64,000 bases of DNA from NCBI GenBank assembly GCA_965197585.1, contig OZ240215.1, forward strand, positions 1,952,001 through 2,016,000. Reading direction: 5' to 3'. The notes under the pieces are model-generated. The model saw nothing but the letters and a program-made list of their open reading frames with translations. It did no database searches and had not been told where the DNA came from. The position numbers and the translations under genes are program-made. Each line of letters begins with the position of its first letter. The stretch's first letter is position 1. The stretch is from Dehalococcoidia bacterium (lineage in GTDB: Bacteria > Chloroflexota > Dehalococcoidia > Plut-88900). Shown here piece by piece: positions 47,725 through 57,900 of the stretch.

Positions 47725-48435
47725 ATGGCCATTGATCGAATACCCCCCGGACTGATCCCGAGCAGTGGCTCGCATACTTTTACGGAAGACACGATCCCGG
47801 AAGCTCTTCAGAAGGAGCACAAGCTGGCCGCGGGGCATTGGGGTGTGCTGCACGTTTTTGAAGGCAGTCTCAATTTTGTAGACATCGCTAGCGGGGAGCA
47901 GAGAACAGTGTCGGCGCCAGACCTGGTGACCATTCACCCCGAGGCACCGCATCGGGTGGAAGTGGAAGGCCCCGTAAGCTGCCGGGTCGACTTCTTCAGG
48001 GAGCCGGATGCGGGCTCTTCAATGTCTACGCCCGGGGCGTTCGCCGAACAGGACGTTCGGAGCAGCTTCGACCGGTGCGAAGCGAACGGGAATTTTGCAG
48101 AGACCTTCTACAACAACTTCCTGAATTCCTCGCCGGAGATAGCGCCATATTTCGCAGCGACAGATTTCGAGAAGCAGCGGAAGGTGCTCCGTCAGTCGGT
48201 ATACATGATGGTGATCAATGACGTGGCAGACCCGGGGATGAGGGACATGCTGGGCAATCTCGCCAGAATTCATAGCCGGGCATGGCGGGACATACATCCA
48301 AAGCTCTACGAACTGTGGCTGGACAACATCTGCAAAGCGGCAAGCACCCTGGACCCGGAATGGAGCAAGGATCTTGAGAGGAAGTGGCGCGTGCGGTTGC
48401 GGGATGGCATGCAGATTATCATGGCGGCTTATTAG
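47725..48435 (+). CDS. DUF1971 (YeaR/TehB-N cupin)-globin fusion protein
   Basis: N-terminal FTEDTIPEALQKEH...WGVLHVFEGSL; C-terminal FAETFY..F..SPEIAPYF, proximal H in LARIHS. Confidence 0.75.
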   Translation: MAIDRIPPGLIPSSGSHTFTEDTIPEALQKEHKLAAGHWGVLHVFEGSLNFVDIASGEQRTVSAPDLVTIHPEAPHRVEVEGPVSCRVDFFREPDAGSSMSTPGAFAEQDVRSSFDRCEANGNFAETFYNNFLNSSPEIAPYFAATDFEKQRKVLRQSVYMMVINDVADPGMRDMLGNLARIHSRAWRDIHPKLYELWLDNICKAASTLDPEWSKDLERKWRVRLRDGMQIIMAAY

Positions 48436-48543
48436 GGTGTAGGCGGGGCTATCAAGGTGGGTGAGGGCCAGGGAGGGGTGAGGATTGGAGGGGGCAGGCG
48501 CGAGATTTGCTCATACAAGCGAGGTTGGAGGAGTGGCGCCTTG

Positions 48544-48568
48544 GATTCCTCGCGGAGCCTCGGAATGA
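48544..48568. repeat. REP-like family B hairpin
   Basis: gattcctcgcggagcctcggaatgac. Confidence 0.55.
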
Positions 48569-48614
48569 CACGTCATGGGGTGGCAGGGTTTTCGTGGGTG
48601 GGCAGATTAAGTGC

Positions 48615-49817
48615 CTAACCCACGGCGCCTGTTTCTCGGAGGGCGGTTATTTCTGAGGGGGAGTAGCCGATTGTCTTCAGGACATCTTCGGTGTTCTCGC
48701 CGATTTCGGGGGAGAAGCTGCGGGGCTGCAGGGACTCTCCGGCGTACTTGAAGGGCACTCCCACTTGCTTGACCGCGCCCAAAGTCGGGTGCTGCATCTC
48801 GACAACCATTTCACGGGCCTGGATTTGCGGGTCGGTGGCAACTTCATCTATGGCATAGACTCGGCCTACTGCGCTATCGATTTTGCTCAGTATGTCGAAC
48901 CACTCGTCTCGGGTGCGGGTGAGGAAAGCCTTGGCTATCTCTGACTTAACACGTTCGTCGTCCATACCATGTTCGTACTGGTCGGCAATGTCATCAAGAC
49001 CCATGGCTTTGCAAAGGGCAACGTAGAACCAGGGCTCCAGGCTGGCTATCGAGATGAACTTGTCGTCCTTGGTACGGTATATGGCGTAGCGGGGATTGCC
49101 GCCCGCCAAGGGCGATTTCCCGAGAACCGGCACGTTTCCCGTCTTGAAGTAGTCTTCGAACATGGTGGCCATGAGGTACATGACACCGTCGGTCATGGCC
49201 ACGTCGACGTACCGGCCTCGGCCCGTGGCCCTTCTATCTACAAGCGCAGCCAGCACGGCTACCGCAGCGGTGAGGCCGCCGCCTGCGAAGTCGGCGAGGA
49301 GGTTCCAGGGGATAGCGTGACCGCCATCGGAATTCCCGATCGTGCCCTGGGCCCCGGCGGTCGAGGTGTAGTTGATATCGTGGCCGACCATGCTCTTGTA
49401 GGGGCCGGTCTGGCCGTAGCCCGTGACGGATAGATAGACGATGCCGGGGTTGATGCCGCTGATGGTATCGTAGTCGACGCCGAGGCGCTTGACGACGCCG
49501 GGCCTGTACTCTTCGACGAAAACGTCGGCGTCCTTGACGAGCTTGTAGAGGACCTGTCGGGCGTCATCGTTCTTGAGATTCAGGCCGATGCTGCGCTTGT
49601 TGCGGCCCATGGCGTCAAAGGCGTTCTCTTCCTCGGAGCGGTTGAGCCAGTGAGCCCCGGAGATGGCTCCCTTGACGGCAGCCCTTCTGCCGCTCAGGGC
49701 GAACTCTTCGATTTTCAGGATGTCGGCGCCAAGGTCTCCGAGTACCATGGTGCAGAAGGGGCCCGGGGCCATGCGGGAGAGGTCGACTACTTTTACGCCT
49801 TCAAGGGGGAGAGTCAT
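48615..49817 (-). CDS. Class III CoA-transferase (CaiB/BaiF)
   Basis: DLGADILKIE, RNKRS, GHDINY, LAD. Confidence 0.93.
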   Translation of the reverse strand: MTLPLEGVKVVDLSRMAPGPFCTMVLGDLGADILKIEEFALSGRRAAVKGAISGAHWLNRSEEENAFDAMGRNKRSIGLNLKNDDARQVLYKLVKDADVFVEEYRPGVVKRLGVDYDTISGINPGIVYLSVTGYGQTGPYKSMVGHDINYTSTAGAQGTIGNSDGGHAIPWNLLADFAGGGLTAAVAVLAALVDRRATGRGRYVDVAMTDGVMYLMATMFEDYFKTGNVPVLGKSPLAGGNPRYAIYRTKDDKFISIASLEPWFYVALCKAMGLDDIADQYEHGMDDERVKSEIAKAFLTRTRDEWFDILSKIDSAVGRVYAIDEVATDPQIQAREMVVEMQHPTLGAVKQVGVPFKYAGESLQPRSFSPEIGENTEDVLKTIGYSPSEITALRETGAVG

Positions 49818-49870
49818 TTTTGAGGTCCTCCTAATTGAGTCACGGGGTTATTCTTCTAGGATCGGGGAAC

Positions 49871-49907
49871 ACCCTTACCCTAGCCCTCTTCCATCGAGGG
49901 AGAGGGT
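49871..49907. repeat. REP-like family A (inverted)
   Basis: cccttaccctagccctcttccatcgagggagaggg. Confidence 0.7.
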
Positions 49908-49926
49908 ACAGGATACATCCGCCTGC

Positions 49927-51147
49927 TCAGCCTTCGACGGTAATTACGCCTTCGGCGATGAGGTCTCCGATTTGTTCGTCGGTCATGCCGAGGATCTCCT
50001 TGTAGACGTATTCGTTGTGCTGGCCGAGTGTCGGGGCGGCGGCGAGGGTGCCCGGAGTGCGGGAGAGATCGAAAGAGAAGCCGTCGTACGCGTGACGCCC
50101 GATAACCTGATGGTCGAGATAATGGAAGAAGCCTCGGTGCTTGACCTGGAGATCGTTGAACTGGCCCTCGGCGCTCAGTACCACGCCGGCGGGGACGCCC
50201 GCGGATTGCAGAGTTTCCATGACATCTTGGGCATCACGTTCTCGGGTCCATTCACCAATGAGGCGGTCGAGATCGTCTTCGTTGGCCTTTCTCGCTTCCA
50301 GGGTCGCGAAGCGGAGGTCGCGGACGATGTCGGGCCTGTTCAAGACCATGCAGAGGCTGGTCCATTCTTCGTCGGTGAAGACGGCGATGGCGCACCAGGA
50401 GTCGCTGCCGAGGCAGGGGTAGGCGTTGTGGGGGGCGGCTCTCGGGTCCCGGTTGCCGTCACGAATCATCTCGTGATCGTTCAGCACGTAGTCCATCTGC
50501 ACGGGGGCGATCAGCTGCAGGCCGCACTCCAACTGTGACAGATCCAGGTGTTGGCCCACGCCTGTCTTTCGTCGGTGGTCCAGCGCGGCTACCAAGGCTG
50601 CGGACCCGAAGAAAGGCGATATGAAGTCCGTGTAAGCGCCGTAGGGCGTTGCGGGGTCGCGATCGGGCCAACCCGTGAGATGGGCGTATCCGGAGAGACT
50701 GGCCATCATCATGCCGAAGCCGATGAAACCACTGTGGGGTCCGCCGTGGCCCTGCTGGCTGGCGCTATAGTAGATTATGTCGGGCTTGAGCTTGCGGATG
50801 GTCTCATAGTCGAGCCCCCACTTGGCCATGGCCCTGGGGCTGAAGGACTCGGCGACGACGTCGGCCCATAGGATCAGCTTCCTGGCAATCTCGACGCCTT
50901 TGGGTTTGTTGACGTCCAGGCTGACACCGTACTTGCTCGTGTTGTAGTCGGCCATGAAGGCGCTGTTGTTAACCCCCGCCACCCCATCCTTGAATGGGGG
51001 TGTCATGCGCAGGGTATCGAGGTGGGTGTGGGACTCGATGTGGACGACGGTGGCGCCGTGGTCGGCGAGGTTCTTGACGGTTATGGGCCCAACGCCCACC
51101 CACGTGAAGTCGGCGACTTTAATCCCTTCAAATATCTGTTCAGGCAA
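49927..51147 (-). CDS. Class III CoA-transferase (BbsF-like, catalytic Asp present)
   Basis: DFTWVGVGP, GAYTD, APTLGQHN. Confidence 0.92.
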   Translation of the reverse strand: MPEQIFEGIKVADFTWVGVGPITVKNLADHGATVVHIESHTHLDTLRMTPPFKDGVAGVNNSAFMADYNTSKYGVSLDVNKPKGVEIARKLILWADVVAESFSPRAMAKWGLDYETIRKLKPDIIYYSASQQGHGGPHSGFIGFGMMMASLSGYAHLTGWPDRDPATPYGAYTDFISPFFGSAALVAALDHRRKTGVGQHLDLSQLECGLQLIAPVQMDYVLNDHEMIRDGNRDPRAAPHNAYPCLGSDSWCAIAVFTDEEWTSLCMVLNRPDIVRDLRFATLEARKANEDDLDRLIGEWTRERDAQDVMETLQSAGVPAGVVLSAEGQFNDLQVKHRGFFHYLDHQVIGRHAYDGFSFDLSRTPGTLAAAPTLGQHNEYVYKEILGMTDEQIGDLIAEGVITVEG

Positions 51148-51159
51148 ACCGTTCGCTCC

Positions 51160-52416
51160 TCAGATAACTCCGGCGTTCTTAAGGCGGGCCAAGTCCCGCG
51201 GTTTCAGGCCCAGTTCGCCGGCATAGATATCCTCGTTGTGCTCCCCGACGTGCGGGGCCCGGCGGGGCGGGGGGACGGGGTTCTCCGACTGTCGAATAGG
51301 CCATCCCGGATAGATAACGGTCTCCCCGATCTCCGGGTCAAAGACCTTTTGCCAGAAGCTGCGGGCCTCCAGCTGCCGGTTGACCATCTGGGTAGCCGGT
51401 GTGCCGATTGGGGCTATCCAAACGCGTCGGGCCACGGCGCCTTCGTAGAGCTCTTCCATGGTGTGAGCTTCGAAGAAGGCGCCGATGCTTTTTTCGAGCA
51501 ATTCGCGGGTCTCGGGGTCGGTGGGGACAAAGCCGAGGCTGGCCCAATCGAAGTCCTTGAGGTCGAGGCCCAGGCCTTCGCTGTTCATCCACTCGGTGAG
51601 GATCTGGTTGACCCGGACCCCGGGGCCCGAGCCAACGATGAGGAAGTTGACGTAGCCATCCTTGCACGGCCACGTGTATCGGACAGGAACGTCCATCGCT
51701 TTGCCGTCCCTGACCATGGAGAAGGTCTTGACGGCCCCACCCCTGAGGGTGTTCATGCGGGACAGGTCCCAGGTAATGGTGACGTTCATCTGGGTCCAGA
51801 TAATCGATAGCTGCATTGAGGCGTCAACGTGCTGGCCCTTGCCGGTGGTCTCACGATAATAGTAGGCGTTCATAGTCCCGACAGCGGCCTGAAGGGCTGC
51901 ATGGCTCCACGCCTGAGGGTAACTAACCCGCACCGGGGGGCGATCATCGTCGCCGCTGATGTACATGATGCCGCCCATAGCCATGCCGATGAGGTCGGTG
52001 GCCTTGTACCGAGCGTAGGGGCCGGTTTGGCCGAAGGGAGTGATGGAGGTCATGACGAGGCCGGGGTTCTGCCTATTCAAGTCCCGGTACCCGAGACCCA
52101 AATCATCCATATAACCGGGGGTAAAGGACTCGATGACGATGTCGGCCTTTTCGGCGAGGCGGAGAAAGAGTGCTCGGCCCTCGAGGCTTTCGATGTTGAG
52201 GGTTATGCCCCTTTTGTTGGTGTTGAAGGACCACCAGTAGAGGCTTTTATCGGGGTCTGGGGTGTTTTGGTAGAAGGGGCCCTGGAGTCGGCCCGGGTCT
52301 CCGCCCGGCTCCTCGATCTTGAGAACGTCACAACCGAGGTCGGCGAGGACTTTTCCACAGAGGAAGCCGTTTTCACGGGTGAGGTCCAGGACTCTGAGGG
52401 GACCGAGAAGGTTCAA
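51160..52416 (-). CDS. Class III CoA-transferase (BbsE-like)
   Basis: CGKVLADLG, NTNKRGITL, ITPFGQTGP; TTG start with GGGAG RBS assumed. Confidence 0.88.
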   Translation of the reverse strand: MNLLGPLRVLDLTRENGFLCGKVLADLGCDVLKIEEPGGDPGRLQGPFYQNTPDPDKSLYWWSFNTNKRGITLNIESLEGRALFLRLAEKADIVIESFTPGYMDDLGLGYRDLNRQNPGLVMTSITPFGQTGPYARYKATDLIGMAMGGIMYISGDDDRPPVRVSYPQAWSHAALQAAVGTMNAYYYRETTGKGQHVDASMQLSIIWTQMNVTITWDLSRMNTLRGGAVKTFSMVRDGKAMDVPVRYTWPCKDGYVNFLIVGSGPGVRVNQILTEWMNSEGLGLDLKDFDWASLGFVPTDPETRELLEKSIGAFFEAHTMEELYEGAVARRVWIAPIGTPATQMVNRQLEARSFWQKVFDPEIGETVIYPGWPIRQSENPVPPPRRAPHVGEHNEDIYAGELGLKPRDLARLKNAGVI

Positions 52417-52682
52417 GCCGGAAGTCTCCCGTGTAGTGATTACGGCAGGGCTAGTCGTTGATGGGGAAACCCTAAACGCGGGGTGTCGGGTTGTCAACGG
52501 CGCGTATTATTTCGCTATCGTTTATGTGGAATGCCGAAACAATGGACGGAAGACCCACGACGCCCAGTGAAGTACGAGCACAGCCGTGCAGAACGCCCAC
52601 CCTCGATACTCGCTTAAATGTATAATCGCCCCACCCCGTCCGTAAGCACCGACAGCCTTTCAAACAAGGAGGCACACCCGAC

Positions 52683-53099
52683 ATGGATAACGTAAAGCGG
52701 ATTGTAGCCCTCTACCTCGCCCTAACTGCCCTGGCGGTCTTCTTCAACCTCATCCTCACCCCCGTATACCATGACGGCTCCCCCGACTACCCAGTATGGG
52801 AGATCATCAACTACTTCATGGCCGCCGGCACCCTCTTTGCCCTTGCCGCGAGCTACCTGCGAAGACGCGCTGCGGGAAACTCGGGCGCCAGTACCGCCGA
52901 GTCAATATGGGCCAACGTCTTCTGCTACGCGGCCATAGCGCTTGCTATGCTTTTCTTCTGGCAGTATCTCTGGCTCCAATTCCCCGACAGCGAGACAGGC
53001 GACGCTGTCACATCCCACGTCATCTACTTCCCGATAGTCGACGTTCTCTACACCATCGTCACCCTTGATGCGGCTCGCTGGCTGTGGAGGAGGGGGTAG
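52683..53099 (+). CDS. Hypothetical 4-TM membrane protein
   Basis: AAGGAGG RBS, upstream TATAAT, hydrophobic segments. Confidence 0.75.
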   Translation: MDNVKRIVALYLALTALAVFFNLILTPVYHDGSPDYPVWEIINYFMAAGTLFALAASYLRRRAAGNSGASTAESIWANVFCYAAIALAMLFFWQYLWLQFPDSETGDAVTSHVIYFPIVDVLYTIVTLDAARWLWRRG

Positions 53100-53219
53100 A
53101 GACATAGCTGCCTATGGTGGGACAACAATACCCACTTCATACGCACACGTAAATAGTTCAGAATAGCCCCAAATCATACAGCCGAGCTAGTGTCTGCTAA
53201 CCCCATGCTATACTCGGCT

Positions 53220-54452
53220 ATGGATACCACCCAGCCCCCACCTCCCGGCCCTGCGTTTCGGCAGCGCTGCGCCGCCTCCCTTACCCATCCCATCACCCTG
53301 TTCGCCGTTCTTGTTCTCCTCCTAAACGACCTCGTTTTCAAAACTCTGCTTTGCCACCGATGGAGGTCCGATACTAGGAATATCCGCGTTTACCCACGTT
53401 CGGTTCTTCTCTCAGTTGGAATTGTTTCCCTCGTTGCTGTGCTCGCGTGTAGTGACCCATTTTATCGAGGGATTACCTCTAACGTTGTCGATGTGGATGG
53501 CCGACTGATTTCTATTGCGGAATCAATTGGGCATTCATCGGGAGCCTCTGAAATTCCCTCCCTACCTGTGCAAGTGAGTATCGAGCATCACGAAAGCATG
53601 TACGTGAGTACGGATGGAGGATGGAATTGGCATTACACCGACGCACGGACTTACTCACCCGTTTTGGCAAGTGCACAATCAGCCGAGACCCCACGTGGTA
53701 CGTATACTATCCATGGATCGGACCTTGTCCTAACGACAGACTACGGATCTCCGATGGTGGTCTACTCTACCGATGAATGGGGCCACGATGCCCAGCTTTG
53801 GGTGCAGAGCAATAGTTTGGACCCATATTCCTATTCATTCGCCACAGAACCGCACAGCGTAATTCATCACGAACAAAGCGGTAACATTATCATGACCGTG
53901 GGAGTCCGGGGAGTGATCGTTGGAACTTCGGACGGGGAGTGGACCCCCGTGGAGATCGGGCCTTACAAGTTGGCTGACTTCTCTCCTCTAGCCAAGTCCT
54001 TTGTCCTCCTCAGCGATCTTGTATTTTTGCTATCTACGGCTGTCCTAGCAGTGTGTTTTTCAATGTTAGCCTTTGTACTGTCCAAGTCTAAGAACTACAC
54101 ACCGGGAGCAGTCTTCGCAACAATTGTTACGGGCATAAGCATTTTGCCTCTAAGTCTCTTCGGGATCGTTAGCGTTGAAGACCGGGATAACAATGAGGTC
54201 ATCCAGCGATTTACAATAATCTTTCTTGTCGTCTCTTTCATCTGCGCTCTAGTAGTAGTTCCAACATTATTAGCGAATATTAGACGTTGGCGCCAATTGG
54301 TGGTTATCCTGCTATTCATGACGCATGTTGTTATTGTGATATTCATTGTATGGATCCAGGTGGGATTTCCATTGCCTATTGCGAAAGCTTTGGCGATAGG
54401 GCTCGTGGCATTGATGGCTATTGAACGCGCTAGAGCCCTAAGGAGAAGCTAA
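53220..54452 (+). CDS. Hypothetical membrane protein (lower GC), possibly chimeric
   Basis: N-terminal HP...LLLND..K, internal lipobox-like VLAC, Asp-box STDGG..W, five C-terminal TM segments. Confidence 0.55.
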   Translation: MDTTQPPPPGPAFRQRCAASLTHPITLFAVLVLLLNDLVFKTLLCHRWRSDTRNIRVYPRSVLLSVGIVSLVAVLACSDPFYRGITSNVVDVDGRLISIAESIGHSSGASEIPSLPVQVSIEHHESMYVSTDGGWNWHYTDARTYSPVLASAQSAETPRGTYTIHGSDLVLTTDYGSPMVVYSTDEWGHDAQLWVQSNSLDPYSYSFATEPHSVIHHEQSGNIIMTVGVRGVIVGTSDGEWTPVEIGPYKLADFSPLAKSFVLLSDLVFLLSTAVLAVCFSMLAFVLSKSKNYTPGAVFATIVTGISILPLSLFGIVSVEDRDNNEVIQRFTIIFLVVSFICALVVVPTLLANIRRWRQLVVILLFMTHVVIVIFIVWIQVGFPLPIAKALAIGLVALMAIERARALRRS

Positions 54453-54587
54453 GCAGCTTTGCTGATTCTACTAAAGCCAGACAGGGTTCAGACTTGCAGT
54501 GGCTACTCTTCATCTATGCCCCCATCGTGTATCATATGCCCCTTGTCCTAACGCGTAGAAAATCCACCCTCCCAGGAGTAACCCCCA

Positions 54588-56381
54588 GTGCCTGCCGACA
54601 TTACAGACCCCAGTGGCATCGAATACGCCTTAGAGTCCAAGAAGGGCCCCTCTGAAGAAAACGCCCTCGTCCTGCGCCGCGAGAGCATCCGGCACTCCGC
54701 CTCCCACATCATGGCCGAGGCCGTACGCTCCATCTTCCCCGAGGCCAAGTTCGCCATCGGGCCTCCAACCGAGGACGGCTTCTACTACGACTTCCAGCTC
54801 CCCCGAGCCCTCACGGATGACGACCTCCCCGCCATCGAGAAAAAGATGGCCGAGACCGTCGCCGCAGATCTCCCATTTCGACGCACCCAGGTATCCCGCC
54901 CCGAGGCTGGGGACATGTTCCGAGACCAGCCTTTTAAGCTAGAGATCATCAACGCCATTAAGGACGACACCCTGGGCATCTACACTCACGGCCCCTTCTC
55001 TGATCTCTGCAACGGCCCCCATGTCGAGACCACGAGCGGGGTGCCCGCGTTCAAGCTGCTCAGCGTCGCCGGGGCTTATTGGCGCGGCGACGAGAACCGA
55101 CCCATGCTACAGCGCATCTACGGCACCGCCTTCGAATCTCAAGACGCCCTGGACTTATACCTGAAAAGGTTGGAAGAGGCGGCCAAGCGCGACCATCGGA
55201 AGCTGGGCCGAGACCTGGGGCTCTTCTCCGTCCACAACGAGCTAGGCGCGGGCCTGATCTGCTGGCACCCGAAAGGGGCCCGGGTGCGGAGCCTCGTGGA
55301 GGACTTCTGGCGGCAGCTTCACCTGGACTCGGGCTACTCGCTGGTCTACTCGCCGCATATCGGAAAGAGCAAGCTGTGGGAGACCAGCGGCCACCTGCAA
55401 TTCTACAGCGAAAACATGTACGCCCCCGTGGAAATCGACGAGCAGGACTACTACCTGAAGCCGATGAATTGCCCCTTCCACATCCTCATGTACCGCTCCT
55501 CGCTCCGCAGCTACCGGGAGTTGCCCATGCGCCTGGCGGAGCTGGGAACCGTCTACCGATACGAAAGGACGGGTGTCCTCCACGGTCTGCTCCGCGTCCG
55601 AGGCTTCACCCAGGACGACGCCCATATCTTCTGCCGCCCCGACCAGCTGGAAGACGAGGTCCGCGGCGTTCTTGATCTCACTTTCCGGCTTCTCGGGGCA
55701 TTCGGATTCAGCGACTACAAGATCTTCCTCTCCGACCGCCCCGAAAAGTATGTCGGTGAGCAATCCGAGTGGGACACTGCCACCTCCGCACTTCGCAACA
55801 CCCTCGAGGACATGGGCATCAACTACCAGGTCGACAGCGGAGGCGGGGCATTCTATGGCCCCAAGATCGACGTCAAGATCGAAGACGCCATTGGTCGAGA
55901 GTGGCAATGCACCACCGTCCAGTTTGACTTCAACCTCCCCCGCCGCTTCGAGCTGTCTTATATAGCCGAAGATGGCCGGGAGCACAGGCCCTACATGGTC
56001 CACCGGGCCATCCTCGGGTCCATGGAGCGATTCATGGGCATACTCATAGAGCACTATGGAGGTGCGTTCCCCGTGTGGCTGGCCCCGACCCAAGCCTCGC
56101 TAGTCCCGATTACCGACCGCCATGTCGAATACGCCCGGTCAGCCGCTGCCCAAATGTCTGCCGCCGGCCTCCGAGTCGAAGTTGACGACCGGGGCGAACG
56201 CATGAACCGCAAGATCCGGGACGCACAGCTGAACAAGGTCCCGTACATGCTTATAGTCGGCGACAAAGAAGTCTCCGCGGAGACCCTGTCCGTCCGCAAA
56301 CGCAACGGCGAGAACTTGGGCCCGCAGCCCCTCGCCTCCGTGATAGATATGCTCCAGGAGGACATTGCCTCCAAGACTTAG
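54588..56381 (+). CDS. thrS: Threonine--tRNA ligase
   Basis: RHSASH, DLC.GPH, RDHRKLG, KPMNCP, FYGPKID, HRAILGS. Confidence 0.98.
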   Translation: MPADITDPSGIEYALESKKGPSEENALVLRRESIRHSASHIMAEAVRSIFPEAKFAIGPPTEDGFYYDFQLPRALTDDDLPAIEKKMAETVAADLPFRRTQVSRPEAGDMFRDQPFKLEIINAIKDDTLGIYTHGPFSDLCNGPHVETTSGVPAFKLLSVAGAYWRGDENRPMLQRIYGTAFESQDALDLYLKRLEEAAKRDHRKLGRDLGLFSVHNELGAGLICWHPKGARVRSLVEDFWRQLHLDSGYSLVYSPHIGKSKLWETSGHLQFYSENMYAPVEIDEQDYYLKPMNCPFHILMYRSSLRSYRELPMRLAELGTVYRYERTGVLHGLLRVRGFTQDDAHIFCRPDQLEDEVRGVLDLTFRLLGAFGFSDYKIFLSDRPEKYVGEQSEWDTATSALRNTLEDMGINYQVDSGGGAFYGPKIDVKIEDAIGREWQCTTVQFDFNLPRRFELSYIAEDGREHRPYMVHRAILGSMERFMGILIEHYGGAFPVWLAPTQASLVPITDRHVEYARSAAAQMSAAGLRVEVDDRGERMNRKIRDAQLNKVPYMLIVGDKEVSAETLSVRKRNGENLGPQPLASVIDMLQEDIASKT

Positions 56382-56434
56382 CCATCACCTTATCCTTGAA
56401 CCGCCCCAACCTTCGTGCTAAGCTACCGACTCGT

Positions 56435-56511
<77 letters not shown>

Positions 56512-56641
56512 TTTTCTCTCCCCCAACTCTTTCCCCGCCCTTTATCAAGGGCCTGCATTGGTGTCACGACCCATTGGCGAATGTCCCAATTTGCTCGTCT
56601 GCTATAATCGGTTCACGGCTGTATTCGACGGGAGTGTGAAC

Positions 56642-57850
56642 ATGGGAACGGCATTGGACGGCGTTCGGGTTATAGATCTCACCCAGTTCGAGGCTGGCAC
56701 CACCTGCACCCAGGCCCTCGCCTGGCTTGGCGCCGACGTTATAAAGGTCGAGGCGCCCGGCCGCGGCGATCCGGGCCGTAAGGTGCGCCAGGACGGCACG
56801 GGCTTCGATAGCTACTATTTCATGACCTTAAACGCCAACAAGAAGAGCATCACCCTCGACCTGAAATCCGAGGAGGGCAAGCTCATCTTCTTCGATCTGG
56901 TCAGGAAGGGCGACATCGTCGCCGAGAACATGGGTCCCGGCACCCTCGAGCGCCTAGGTCTGGGCTACGACGTGCTTTCCAAGATCAACCCCCGCATCAT
57001 CGTGGCCCGGGTCAAGGGGTTCGGAACCTACGGCCCTTATAGCAACTACAAGAGCTTCGACATGATAGCCCTCACCACCGGCGGCGCTGTTGCCATGACC
57101 GGCGAACCGGGCGGTCCGCCTCTGCTGCCCGGCATTACGGCCGGCGACATCGGGACTGGCTACCACACCGCCCTCGGCATCATGGCCGCACTCTGGCAGC
57201 GAGAGAAGACGGGTAAGGGACAAGAAGTCGAAGTGTCCATGCAGGACGCGGTGGTGAACTTCACCCGAGTCACCATGCACGGCTACTACTACGATAAGAA
57301 GGCCCCCGACCGCCGAGGCCGCGCCTCCCCCGGTTCCGCTCCTGCCGACCTATACAAGTGCAAGCCCGGCGGCAAGGATGACTACGTGTACCTGTTCGTC
57401 AACGGCATAGTCGGGTTGAAGGTCTGGGACCAATTCCTTCGGTTAATCGAACGCGAAGACTTGATCGGTGACCCACGCTTCTCCACCAACGACGACCGTA
57501 TAGCCAACAAGGATGAGCTCGCCCGCATCATAGAGGATTGGTCCGCCGACCACGACAAGCATGAGGTAATGAAGCTCATGGGCGAAATCGGCGTCACCGC
57601 CGGCGCTCTCCTCAACGCCGTGGACATCCACACCGACCAACACCTCCTCGAGCGCGAGATGATCGTCACTGTCGATCATCCCCAGCGCGGCGAATTTACC
57701 TTCCCGGGCAACCCCATCAAGCTGTCCGACTCCCCCACCAGCGTCGAGCCCTCGCCTCTGCTCGGGCAGCACACCGAACAGGTGCTGTCCGAAGTCCTGG
57801 GATACGACGGGGAGCGCATCGGCAAGCTGCGGGAAGCGGGCGTGGTTTAA
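56642..57850 (+). CDS. Class III CoA-transferase, formyl-CoA transferase-like
   Basis: DLTQFEAGTTCTQALAWLGADVIKVE, KGFGT.GPY, AGDIGTG. Confidence 0.92.
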   Translation: MGTALDGVRVIDLTQFEAGTTCTQALAWLGADVIKVEAPGRGDPGRKVRQDGTGFDSYYFMTLNANKKSITLDLKSEEGKLIFFDLVRKGDIVAENMGPGTLERLGLGYDVLSKINPRIIVARVKGFGTYGPYSNYKSFDMIALTTGGAVAMTGEPGGPPLLPGITAGDIGTGYHTALGIMAALWQREKTGKGQEVEVSMQDAVVNFTRVTMHGYYYDKKAPDRRGRASPGSAPADLYKCKPGGKDDYVYLFVNGIVGLKVWDQFLRLIEREDLIGDPRFSTNDDRIANKDELARIIEDWSADHDKHEVMKLMGEIGVTAGALLNAVDIHTDQHLLEREMIVTVDHPQRGEFTFPGNPIKLSDSPTSVEPSPLLGQHTEQVLSEVLGYDGERIGKLREAGVV

Positions 57851-57900
57851 GGCCCTTGGCTTGGTCTACGCCCCGTTCTCCGAGCTAAGGTAAACGCTGC

